NCBI GenBank assembly: GCA_963665095.1
Contig: OY762069.1
Span: 1,056,001 to 1,120,000, forward strand
Direction of reading: 5' to 3'
Length of the DNA: 64,000 nucleotides
Source of the DNA: an uncultured Desulfobacter sp.
Lineage (GTDB): Bacteria > Desulfobacterota > Desulfobacteria > Desulfobacterales > Desulfobacteraceae
The position numbers and the translations under genes were made by a program. Shown piece by piece: positions 51,269 through 59,792 of the stretch (position 1 is the first letter of the stretch; each line of letters begins with the position of its first letter). The notes under the pieces were generated by a model. That model had not been told where the DNA came from, did not search any database, and saw only the letters and a program-made list of their open reading frames with translations.

Positions 51269-52072
51269 ATGATTATTATTGGTGAAAAAATTAACGGTGC
51301 CATCCCCTCTGTGGCCGAAGCCATTGCCAAAAAAGATGCTGATTTTATCAAAAACCTTGCCGTCACCCAGACAGAAGCGGGAGCTGCTTTCATTGATGTA
51401 TGTGCCTCCACAGATGTCTCCATTGAACTTGAAACAATGAAATGGCTGATTGATATTGTCCAGGATGCCACAGACACCCCCATTGCCGTGGACAGTCCCG
51501 ATGCCGGCATCTGCGCTGCGGCCATCGCATTCTGCAACAAACCGGGCCTGATCAACTCTGTTTCCCTGGAAGGGGACAAAATTGATGTAGTATTTCCCGT
51601 GATTGCAGACACCAAATGGGAGTGTGCCGCGCTTTTGTGCGACGACACAGGCATCCCCAAAACCGCTGAAAAGCGCCTTGAGGTGTTTACCGGCATCATG
51701 GCCCGGGCCAAAGAATTTAAAATTGATCCCTCCCGACTGCACATCGACCCCCTGGTTGAAATGCTGTGTACAGCAGAGGACGGCATCAACGCCATCGTTG
51801 AGGTGATGCGGGAAATCAAACGGCAGTACCCCACCATCCACGTCACTGGCGGCGCATCCAATATTTCATTTAACCTTCCGGCCAGAAAATTTGTCAACCA
51901 GGCATTTCTGATTCTGGCCATGGGCGCAGGCATGGACAGTGCCATTATCAACCCCCTTCACAAACATATGATGGGGCTGATTTACGCCACCGAGGCGCTT
52001 TTAGGCAACGATGAATACTGTATGGAATATATCGAAGGATACAGAGAAGGACTTTTCGGCCCTGTAAAGTAA
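51269..52072 (+). CDS. Methyl-corrinoid:tetrahydrofolate methyltransferase (AcsE/MT2 pterin-binding)
   Basis: MIIIGEKING, IAVDSP, LINSVS, IDPLV, GASNISFNLP, GMDSAI. Confidence 0.9.
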   Translation: MIIIGEKINGAIPSVAEAIAKKDADFIKNLAVTQTEAGAAFIDVCASTDVSIELETMKWLIDIVQDATDTPIAVDSPDAGICAAAIAFCNKPGLINSVSLEGDKIDVVFPVIADTKWECAALLCDDTGIPKTAEKRLEVFTGIMARAKEFKIDPSRLHIDPLVEMLCTAEDGINAIVEVMREIKRQYPTIHVTGGASNISFNLPARKFVNQAFLILAMGAGMDSAIINPLHKHMMGLIYATEALLGNDEYCMEYIEGYREGLFGPVK

Positions 52073-52113
52073 CATCGGGGGCAAAAACTTACTTTTTAAA
52101 AAGGAGTGTAAAC

Positions 52114-52749
52114 ATGGCAAAAATTGAAGAAGTAAAAGCAAACGTCGAAAAAGGCAAACGTAAACTTGTTCCCGGTCTGGTCCAGGAAGCCCTTGATGAG
52201 GGCAGTTCTGCCCAACAGATTCTTGATGTCATGGTTGATGCCATGGGTGTTGTGGGAGAAAAATTTTCCTCTGGACAGATCTTTGTACCTGAAATGCTGA
52301 TGGCAGCCAAGGCCATGGGCGCAGGAGTCGACATTATCAAACCGCTGATGGCTGGCGACGCAGGCTCCTCTCTGGGTACCTGTGTGATCGGTACAGTCCA
52401 GGGCGACCTTCATGACATTGGTAAAAACCTGGTCTGCATGATGATTGAAAGTGTGGGCTTCAATATGATTGACCTGGGCGTTGACGTTGCCCCTGAGCAG
52501 TTCATCCAGGCGGTAAAAGACAATGAAAACGTCAAACTGGTTGCCTGCTCCGGTCTTCTTTCCACCACCATGCCTGCCTTAAAACAGACAGTTGAAACAT
52601 TAAAATCCTGCGGCCTGAACGGTTTTAAAGTCATTGTTGGCGGAGCCCCTGTCACCAAGGAATTTGCTGAAGAGATCGGTGCGGACGGATACGCATCAGA
52701 TGCCGGCGGCGCGGCCACTAAAGCCAAAGAGCTGGTTACCGCAGCTTAA
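52114..52749 (+). CDS. Corrinoid (B12-binding) methyl carrier protein
   Basis: Cap domain FVPEMLMAAKAM; GDLHDIGKNLV (DxHxxG), DLGVDV, SGLL, VGGA. Confidence 0.93.
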   Translation: MAKIEEVKANVEKGKRKLVPGLVQEALDEGSSAQQILDVMVDAMGVVGEKFSSGQIFVPEMLMAAKAMGAGVDIIKPLMAGDAGSSLGTCVIGTVQGDLHDIGKNLVCMMIESVGFNMIDLGVDVAPEQFIQAVKDNENVKLVACSGLLSTTMPALKQTVETLKSCGLNGFKVIVGGAPVTKEFAEEIGADGYASDAGGAATKAKELVTAA

Positions 52750-52788
52750 AATCAGATAACATTTACTCGGCACAGGAGGAGGATACTT

Positions 52789-53766
52789 ATGCTGACGATA
52801 AAACAAAACCTGCTTGAAACCATGAAAGGGGGAAACCCTGACCGGTTTGTCAAGCAGTACGAATTTTTTGAAATCATCCTTGAGGCACCGGGCGCAAAGT
52901 TTGCCACACCGGGCCAGACCATTGTAAACGAATGGGGCGTCACCTTTTCATGGCCTGAAGACCAGATCGGCGCATTCCCGGTCCATGATGACGAGCATAT
53001 TCTGCTGAAAGATATCACCCAATGGAAAGATATCGTAAAAGCCCCTTCCCTTGAGTTTTCCGATGAAGACTGGGCCCCGGCTGTCGCACATGCCAACTCT
53101 GTTGATCGCAATGAAAAATATGTGGCACCTTTCTTTGCTCCGGGTCTGTTTGAAATGACCCACCACATGATGGGTATGGAAAATGCCATGATGAATCTGT
53201 ATGAAGAACCGGAACTCATGCATGAACTCATCGACTACATCGCCGATTATGAGATCAGAAAAGCCAAAGTCTTCATCGACCGCCTGAAACCCGATGCCCT
53301 GTTCCACCATGATGACTGGGGCGGACAGATCTCCACCTTCATGTCTCCGGATATGTTCAAGGAATTTTATCTTGAACCATATAAGAGGATCTATAAATTC
53401 TGGAAAGATAACGGGGTTGAAGTTGTTGTCCATCACAGTGACTCCTATGCTGCCACACTGGTTCCGTTTATGATTGAAATGGGCATCGATATCTGGCAGG
53501 GCGTGATGACCACCAACGACACACCGGAACTGATTAAAAAATACGGCGATAAAATCACCTTTATGGGCGATGTGGACAGCGGCCCTCTGGATCACCAGAA
53601 CTGGGATGCAAAAGTGATTGCCGAGCATGTGGAAAAAGCGTGCAAAAGATGTGGCAAGCACTACTTCATCCCCTGCCTTACCCAGGGGCTGGGATTCAGT
53701 TCCTTTCCCGGTGTTTACGATGCGGCCAGTGAGGCCATTGAAAAAATGAGCAAAGAGATGTTTTAA
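52789..53766 (+). CDS. UroD-fold substrate:corrinoid methyltransferase (O-demethylase MT1-like)
   Basis: NEWGVTF, GLFE...MMGMENA, HHDDWG, HHSDS, FMGD; in operon with MT2 and corrinoid protein. Confidence 0.8.
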   Translation: MLTIKQNLLETMKGGNPDRFVKQYEFFEIILEAPGAKFATPGQTIVNEWGVTFSWPEDQIGAFPVHDDEHILLKDITQWKDIVKAPSLEFSDEDWAPAVAHANSVDRNEKYVAPFFAPGLFEMTHHMMGMENAMMNLYEEPELMHELIDYIADYEIRKAKVFIDRLKPDALFHHDDWGGQISTFMSPDMFKEFYLEPYKRIYKFWKDNGVEVVVHHSDSYAATLVPFMIEMGIDIWQGVMTTNDTPELIKKYGDKITFMGDVDSGPLDHQNWDAKVIAEHVEKACKRCGKHYFIPCLTQGLGFSSFPGVYDAASEAIEKMSKEMF

Positions 53767-53873
53767 AAATCATTGCGACTTTTCTCCCTCTTAAAAGGGT
53801 AACATGGCCAGGGTTGTTTATGCAGTACCGTTGAACACCGTTTCAACCTGGCTATTGCCCTTTCCCTCACAAC

Positions 53874-53908
53874 TCGGGGACACGATGCGTGATTATCGTG
53901 TCCCCCGA
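53874..53908. repeat. GC-rich inverted repeat (REP-like/terminator)
   Basis: TCGGGGACACGAT-N8-ATCGTGTCCCCCGA. Confidence 0.55.
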
Positions 53909-53943
53909 ATTATTTAGCTTGATTTTGATTTCGAGCCTCAATC

Positions 53944-54633
53944 CTAGGTCAAGGAGGAAAGATCTCGCTTGGAAGTCATGGCCATCTTAAAATAATCAAC
54001 GGCTTTGGCCGCGTCAGAAAACCAGATATCGGCTTTTACCTGTTTATTGACCAGTTCATCCATACAATACCCGCCAACAATGATAAGATGCTTGTTGGTT
54101 GTTTCAGTCTTGCGTATCTCGCTCACCGCCTCCGTAAGATTATCCAGGCAGTTTGTCAGAAGGCAGCTGATGGCAATAAAATCGGGCTCAAGTGTTTTGG
54201 TTCTTTCCACAAAGGTATATGCAGGGACATCCACACCAAGGTCAGTCACCTTAAAGCCGTTACAGATCAGCATATCCTTGATAATATTTTTTCCAAGATC
54301 ATGGATATCGCCTTTGATTGTGCCTAAAAGGACATGCCCCAGCGTGCCTTGGCTATCAGTTTCAACCATCTCGAAGGCTGTCAGAAAATCGGCAGCCTGG
54401 CGCATGATCTCTCCTGCCATAATGAGTGCGGAGATATAAAATTCGCCCTTTTCAAACCCCAGACCGACGTTTTTGACCCCTTCCATGCAAAAAGAGAGCA
54501 GCTCCGCCGTGCTGCACCCTTTTCCGTACATTTTTTTAAGCTGAATCAGGCTCTCTTTTTCCTTAAGCGAAGAAATCAGGTCAATCAGTTTTTCTTTTTC
54601 AGCCATAAGCTCATTATCACTGAACTCACTCAT
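53944..54633 (-). CDS. Second corrinoid-binding protein, coupled to GntR
   Basis: FYISALIMAGEI cap; GDIHDLGKNII, DLGVDV, SCLL, VGG; start overlaps GntR stop. Confidence 0.88.
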   Translation of the reverse strand: MSEFSDNELMAEKEKLIDLISSLKEKESLIQLKKMYGKGCSTAELLSFCMEGVKNVGLGFEKGEFYISALIMAGEIMRQAADFLTAFEMVETDSQGTLGHVLLGTIKGDIHDLGKNIIKDMLICNGFKVTDLGVDVPAYTFVERTKTLEPDFIAISCLLTNCLDNLTEAVSEIRKTETTNKHLIIVGGYCMDELVNKQVKADIWFSDAAKAVDYFKMAMTSKRDLSSLT

Positions 54634-55378
54634 TCCACACTCCCACCCGGCTTATCATGGGCATCTGCTGTGTTGGAACTATAAACCAACCATAAGCACA
54701 GGGTTTATCCTTAAAATCGTAATAACAATACTCCAGCCTGAAAACCAGTTCCCCCTCCTGGATTTCAAGCAGTTCAGCCTCCTGCTTATTCACTGCAGCC
54801 GGCAAAAGTTTCAATGTCCCCTTTTTATAGCCGCAGTTCTCATTACTGAAAAACAGGTCTGACAACCCTGTTGTTTCCAGCATACTCTCCACCACCGGTG
54901 ATCTGGGATCAAAGGGCAGGTAGGCGATCTGAAAACAAAACGGGGTTTCATCATTTAAAATAAGCCGCTCAACCAGAATCACAGGGCTGTTCTCACTGAG
55001 CTCAAGCAGCTTACCCTCACTGCCCTGAACCCGGACAATACTCGACTTAAACACCTTAGCCTTCAAGGTTTCAGTATTAGACAGTACTTTATCAAGTGCC
55101 TCAAGGTCAAAGGTGGTGGCACCCACTTCGATTTTTTTAACAAAGGTGCCGCTGCCGTGAATCCGTTCAACAAGCCCCTCTTCCACAAGAACCCCTACGG
55201 CCTGGCGTACGGTCATGGGACTTACATTATATTCCTGGGCAAGATTTGCCTCAGACGGGATTCGGAGCCCCGGACGAAGACGGCCGGAGGCAATATCTTC
55301 CTTGATAATAAATGCAAGCTGGGTATAAACGGGCAGAGAACCTCTTTTCTTTTCCACAACCTTACCCAATTTATTCAA
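54626..55378 (-). CDS. GntR family regulator, HutC/UTRA type (TTG start)
   Basis: PVYTQL, IPSEANLAQEYNVSPMTVRQAV, GSGTFV; AAGGAG RBS. Confidence 0.9.
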   Translation of the reverse strand: MNKLGKVVEKKRGSLPVYTQLAFIIKEDIASGRLRPGLRIPSEANLAQEYNVSPMTVRQAVGVLVEEGLVERIHGSGTFVKKIEVGATTFDLEALDKVLSNTETLKAKVFKSSIVRVQGSEGKLLELSENSPVILVERLILNDETPFCFQIAYLPFDPRSPVVESMLETTGLSDLFFSNENCGYKKGTLKLLPAAVNKQEAELLEIQEGELVFRLEYCYYDFKDKPCAYGWFIVPTQQMPMISRVGVWNE

Positions 55379-55525
55379 TTCTCCTTGTATTATTGGCAGA
55401 CTGCCTCATGACTGAATAGTACATAACACAGGAAAAGGGTCAAGTAAAATTGATATTCATATGCTTATATACAGGAATATGATACAGTCATGCCGCATGA
55501 ATGGTGTTTAACGCTTTGAGGTACA

Positions 55526-56194
55526 ATGGGAAAAGTAAGAAAGAAAAGAAAACTGATCTGCTGCCGCGCACTTTCTCATCTGATTGAACCCATGGTTGAC
55601 AGGATTGATCCGCACATGGAGCGGGTCATTCTGCCGATACGGCTTCATTTGAATCAACACAACCTGAACCAAAGCCTTCAGGAGGAGATTACCAGAATTG
55701 AAGAAACCGGGGGTGATATCCTCCTTGGATACGGTTTGTGCGGCAGGGGTGTTGAAGGGGTTAGCTCCGGTAAAAGCCGGCTGATTATCCCCAAAGTGGA
55801 TGACTGCGTCGGTGCCATTTTAGGTTCCAAGGCGCGGCATAAGCGCATTCTTGATCAGAATGCCGGCACTTTTTTTCTGGAACCTTCATGGATTGATACG
55901 GACGTGGATGTCTTTGCCCAGTGTCTCAAAGGGCTTGACAAAATTCCTGAGGAGTACCAGCAGGACATTGTGGACCTGGCATTAAAACACTATTCACGGC
56001 TTGTGCTGATTCATCACAAAGAAGACAAAACAGCCATGGCAGCTGACAGATGCCGCAGCCTTGCAAAACAGTACGGCCTTGAATTTGAACAACTTCAGTC
56101 TGATTTAACGCTGCTTGAAGACTTTTCAAAAGGCAACATTGATTCAGACAGATTTATTATCGTTGAACCGGGAGATAAGGTCCCCTATTTTTAA
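55526..56194 (+). CDS. DUF1638 domain protein
   Basis: LICC, LH, ILLGYGLCG, PKVDDC..AILGS, GTFFL..SW. Confidence 0.85.
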   Translation: MGKVRKKRKLICCRALSHLIEPMVDRIDPHMERVILPIRLHLNQHNLNQSLQEEITRIEETGGDILLGYGLCGRGVEGVSSGKSRLIIPKVDDCVGAILGSKARHKRILDQNAGTFFLEPSWIDTDVDVFAQCLKGLDKIPEEYQQDIVDLALKHYSRLVLIHHKEDKTAMAADRCRSLAKQYGLEFEQLQSDLTLLEDFSKGNIDSDRFIIVEPGDKVPYF

Positions 56195-56215
56195 TGAAGA
56201 CACCAATTTGAGTTT

Positions 56216-56767
56216 ATGAAAACAGAACAGATAACAGCCATTACAGAGAAATTTTTTGATCACACAAAGGACATCACCTCCTCATCAGTGCCATTTGATG
56301 AACAGGTCCGCGTCATGTGCGAACAGAATATGTGCGGCCAGCTTGGAAAATGCTGGACATGTCCGCCTGCGGTCGGTTCCCTTGAAACCCTGCACGCAGG
56401 ATTATCCCTTTTCACCCGCTTCATGATCTTTGACAAGGTCTACCAGCTTGAAGACAGTTATGACTGGGAGGGCATGGTGGAAAGCCAGAAAGATTTTACA
56501 GCCAGAGTGGTTGCTGCCAAAAAAGAGATCCGCCCACTGCTTGAAGAATCTGACCCTGATTTTCTTATTTTAGGAGCCGGGTCCTGTTCCCTGTGCAAGA
56601 CCTGCAGCTATCTTTCCCAGGAGCCCTGCCGAAATCCGGATGATGCGGTGACTTCTGTGGAGGCCTTTGGCATAGATGCCATGACCATGATGGGGCAAAA
56701 CAATTTGAAATATAACAATGGCGCGAATACCGTGACTTACATCGGCGGCATTTTTTACAAAGGGTAA
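56216..56767 (+). CDS. DUF2284 Cys-rich metal-binding protein
   Basis: CEQNMCG..GKCWTCPP, GAGSCSLCKTC...PCRNP, SVEAFGID. Confidence 0.85.
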   Translation: MKTEQITAITEKFFDHTKDITSSSVPFDEQVRVMCEQNMCGQLGKCWTCPPAVGSLETLHAGLSLFTRFMIFDKVYQLEDSYDWEGMVESQKDFTARVVAAKKEIRPLLEESDPDFLILGAGSCSLCKTCSYLSQEPCRNPDDAVTSVEAFGIDAMTMMGQNNLKYNNGANTVTYIGGIFYKG

Positions 56768-56812
56768 GCCCCAATATGGAGCAGGTCCCCAAAAACGGAC
56801 AAAAAAAACCGA

Positions 56813-57697
56813 CTATTTTTCGGCAAGTTCGTATATCTGTTCCAGCCTGCCTATAAAATCGGCGCTGTAAAGACCGCAGCTGGTCCCAAACACCAGACTG
56901 GTCATTTCAGTATTCCGGATCAGGGCGGTGAAACGGTCCATGCTGTCAGTAGCCAGGGTATCCGCCTGGAGGTCCTCCACCTCGATTCCGCCTAAGAGAA
57001 CTATGTCGGTATCAAACCTGGGGCCCAGGGAGGAGAAATCATTGATCCGACTCTGGATAGCAGCCAGCCCGTCCAGCTGCCAGGCGGCGAGCATGGGGAC
57101 CAGGGCATCAAGCCGGCCACAGGAGTGGAGAAGAACTGCTTTTTGTTTTTCCCTGAATCCAGCCACAATCTTTGAATAAAAAGGCGTGCACAGGGCATCA
57201 AGATCTTTGGGATTGACCAGGGGACCGCCCTCCCCTGCCAGATCATCGGTGAAGACCACTCCGTCAACAGGCAGGTCCGCCACCTTTTGGGCAAGGTCCC
57301 GGGCCACGGTCAGAAAGGTGTGGTACTGCTCCTTGACCGCCTCGAAGCCTTGGGTCCACAGACTTAAGGTCTCAAACATGCCAAGGGTATTGACCATCTC
57401 CTGGAACGGGCCGTCAATGACGGCAAGAACGGGTCCGTCCCAGGTGAGGGCGGCGGTTTCAAGGTCTGACAGGCTGAAATACCGGTAACCAAGATCGGGC
57501 TTGACCGACCCCTGCGCCAGAACCGGCAGGCAGACCAGACTGTGGCCCAACTGATCGGCCAGGTGCAGGTGGCCCGCGACAGTATCATGGTCCAGGTCCT
57601 TGAACAGACCTGTGCCCATCCATACCTCGCCTTTGGCAATATTTTTTCCGGTGCGGGCCTGAATCCGGGCTTTAAGATGTTCCATTGGCGTGGTCAT
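56813..57697 (-). CDS. Divergent UroD-fold protein
   Basis: DGPFQ, VFTDDLAG, LLHSCG, LLGGI, FGTSCGL. Confidence 0.7.
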   Translation of the reverse strand: MTTPMEHLKARIQARTGKNIAKGEVWMGTGLFKDLDHDTVAGHLHLADQLGHSLVCLPVLAQGSVKPDLGYRYFSLSDLETAALTWDGPVLAVIDGPFQEMVNTLGMFETLSLWTQGFEAVKEQYHTFLTVARDLAQKVADLPVDGVVFTDDLAGEGGPLVNPKDLDALCTPFYSKIVAGFREKQKAVLLHSCGRLDALVPMLAAWQLDGLAAIQSRINDFSSLGPRFDTDIVLLGGIEVEDLQADTLATDSMDRFTALIRNTEMTSLVFGTSCGLYSADFIGRLEQIYELAEK

Positions 57698-57894
57698 GGT
57701 CGGGACCTCCTTAAATATTTAAACTTTAACCTGGCAGGTCGGATACGTTCAACGCCTGTCAACCGCAACAGGATACGAAAGGTAACCCCTCAGCAGTATG
57801 ATTACAAGACAGACAGCTTAAGGTCCCTGACCGGCCTTGTCAAATATTTGAACTGATTTTTTATTTTAGAGACAGCAGCAGAAAGGAAACACCC

Positions 57895-59457
57895 ATGCAG
57901 AACAACCAGGCAACCATCACCATATTACCCCATAAAAGAACCATCCTTGCCACCAGAGGCACCACCCTTTTAGAGGCCCTGATACATAAAAGCATATTTT
58001 TGCGAACCGACTGCGGGGGCAAGGGAGTATGCGGCAAATGCCTGGTGGAGGTCATCGGTCCGGACAACAGTGTGGAACCTGTTTTATCCTGCAGCCACCG
58101 CATTGAATCCGACCTTTGCATCCGAATCCCTGAAACCTCCATGCTCTCCTCCCACATCATGAGCAAGGCCCAGATCTTTTTCCCTGAAAGCTTTAATGAA
58201 AAATTTAAACACTCTCAGGGTCCAGACACCTTTGGTATTGCCGTTGATCTTGGCACCACCACCATTGCGGTCTACCTTTGCAACATGGCCAAAGGAGAGG
58301 TGATCTCCTCTCTGGCCGTAAAAAACCCCCAGGCCATATACGGAGACGATGTCATGAGCCGCATCGGGGTGATTGACCAGGATCCTGACAATCTTAAAAA
58401 GCTTCAGGGCTTAGTGGTGAAAAGTATTGAATGGGGAGCAGGCCAGCTGATCTCAAAAGAAAAGGACCCGTCCATCACCATCTGCGGAATGGCAGTGGTA
58501 GGCAATCCTACCATGATCCATATCCTGGCCGGCGTCAACCCCACATCCATTGGAATTGCCCCTTACCAGCCGGCCTTCCATGAATCCAGACAGTTTGACT
58601 CAGCATCTTTGGGATTTGAATCCCTGAACTGCGAATTGCAGGTTCTTCCCCAGGTCTCCGGCTTTCTTGGCGGTGATATACTGGCCGCCGCCATTGCCGT
58701 GGATCTTGACAACCTTGCCCCGGGAACTTTGCTGGTGGACCTTGGCACCAACGGAGAGCTGATCCTTAAGGGTCATGACCGGCTATTCGCCACCTCCTGC
58801 GCCACAGGTCCAGCCTTTGAAGGGGCCAGTCTTGCCTGCGGCATGCAGGCCATTCCCGGCTCCATAAACTCCGTTTCCATTGGCCCGGATCAAAAAGTAA
58901 AAGAACTGACCACTATCCAGGCGGAAAAAGGCCCTGGGGTGCCGGCATCAGGTATTTGCGGCGCCGGTGTCCTCCAGGCTGCAGCCCAGCTGTGCGAACA
59001 CGGCATTATTAAACCTGCCGGACAGTTTATCAACGAAGAAAAAGAGTATGTACTTGTACCCGAAGACCATTCTGCAGGCCAATCCCGGATCTATATCAGC
59101 CAGAAAGATATCCGTTCCATCCAGCTTGGTAAATCAGCGCTTATTTCAGGCATTGAATTCTTATGTGACCGGGCAGGGTTTGACATTCCGAAATCCATTC
59201 TAATTGCAGGGGCATTCGGATCCCATCTGAGCAAGGAGGTACTTTTGCGACTGGGTATCCTGCCCGATATGGAGATATCAAAACTGATCACCATGGGCAA
59301 TGCAGCAGGTTCCGGAGCCGTGATGGTACTCTGTGATCCGGCGTATGTCGGGTTGGCCCAGAAAATGGCAGATAAAATTGAGGTAGTCAGTCTGGAAACC
59401 AACATGGCATTCCAGGAGCGGTTCATCGAAAACTTAAGCTTTCCAGACCCTGAATAA
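57895..59457 (+). CDS. ASKHA-type reductive activator of corrinoid proteins (RACo/RamA-like, DUF4445)
   Basis: N-terminal 2Fe-2S CGGKGVCGKC; DLGTTT, NPQ..YGDDVMSRI, DLGTNGE, CATGPAFEG, AGAFG, GNAAG. Confidence 0.9.
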   Translation: MQNNQATITILPHKRTILATRGTTLLEALIHKSIFLRTDCGGKGVCGKCLVEVIGPDNSVEPVLSCSHRIESDLCIRIPETSMLSSHIMSKAQIFFPESFNEKFKHSQGPDTFGIAVDLGTTTIAVYLCNMAKGEVISSLAVKNPQAIYGDDVMSRIGVIDQDPDNLKKLQGLVVKSIEWGAGQLISKEKDPSITICGMAVVGNPTMIHILAGVNPTSIGIAPYQPAFHESRQFDSASLGFESLNCELQVLPQVSGFLGGDILAAAIAVDLDNLAPGTLLVDLGTNGELILKGHDRLFATSCATGPAFEGASLACGMQAIPGSINSVSIGPDQKVKELTTIQAEKGPGVPASGICGAGVLQAAAQLCEHGIIKPAGQFINEEKEYVLVPEDHSAGQSRIYISQKDIRSIQLGKSALISGIEFLCDRAGFDIPKSILIAGAFGSHLSKEVLLRLGILPDMEISKLITMGNAAGSGAVMVLCDPAYVGLAQKMADKIEVVSLETNMAFQERFIENLSFPDPE

Positions 59458-59792
59458 CATCCCCGTAAGCAGATACTTCAATTCTTGCTCTGTCTTATGA
59501 CGCTACGCATCTGGCCTGTGATCTTTCCAGGCAGATGCGTGGCGGTGTGATTTATCAGACATTGTAACCTCTCAGGCCGATGACTCCGGCCAACACCCTT
59601 TAAGAGGTGGCTCAACCTTTCCCGGGAAGGCCTCCTGGCATTCGCCGATTTATAATCATTCACAAATCAACCTCTAAACAAATCATTACATAGGCCTGCC
59701 ATACCTCACATTAGAGTTTTAAATGTAATTTTACTCTATCAATGCCATGTCAGGCGTACTCTTAGGATTTTTTAAAAAAAAGGGGAAGATCC

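Noticed and set aside
59560..59645. Partial resemblance to cobalamin (GCCAGGAGGCCTTCC, minus), fluoride (GCCGATGACTCC) and SAM-I riboswitch motifs
   Set aside because: The other conserved elements of each aptamer are missing and no full-length gene lies directly downstream; kept only as an unassigned structured element
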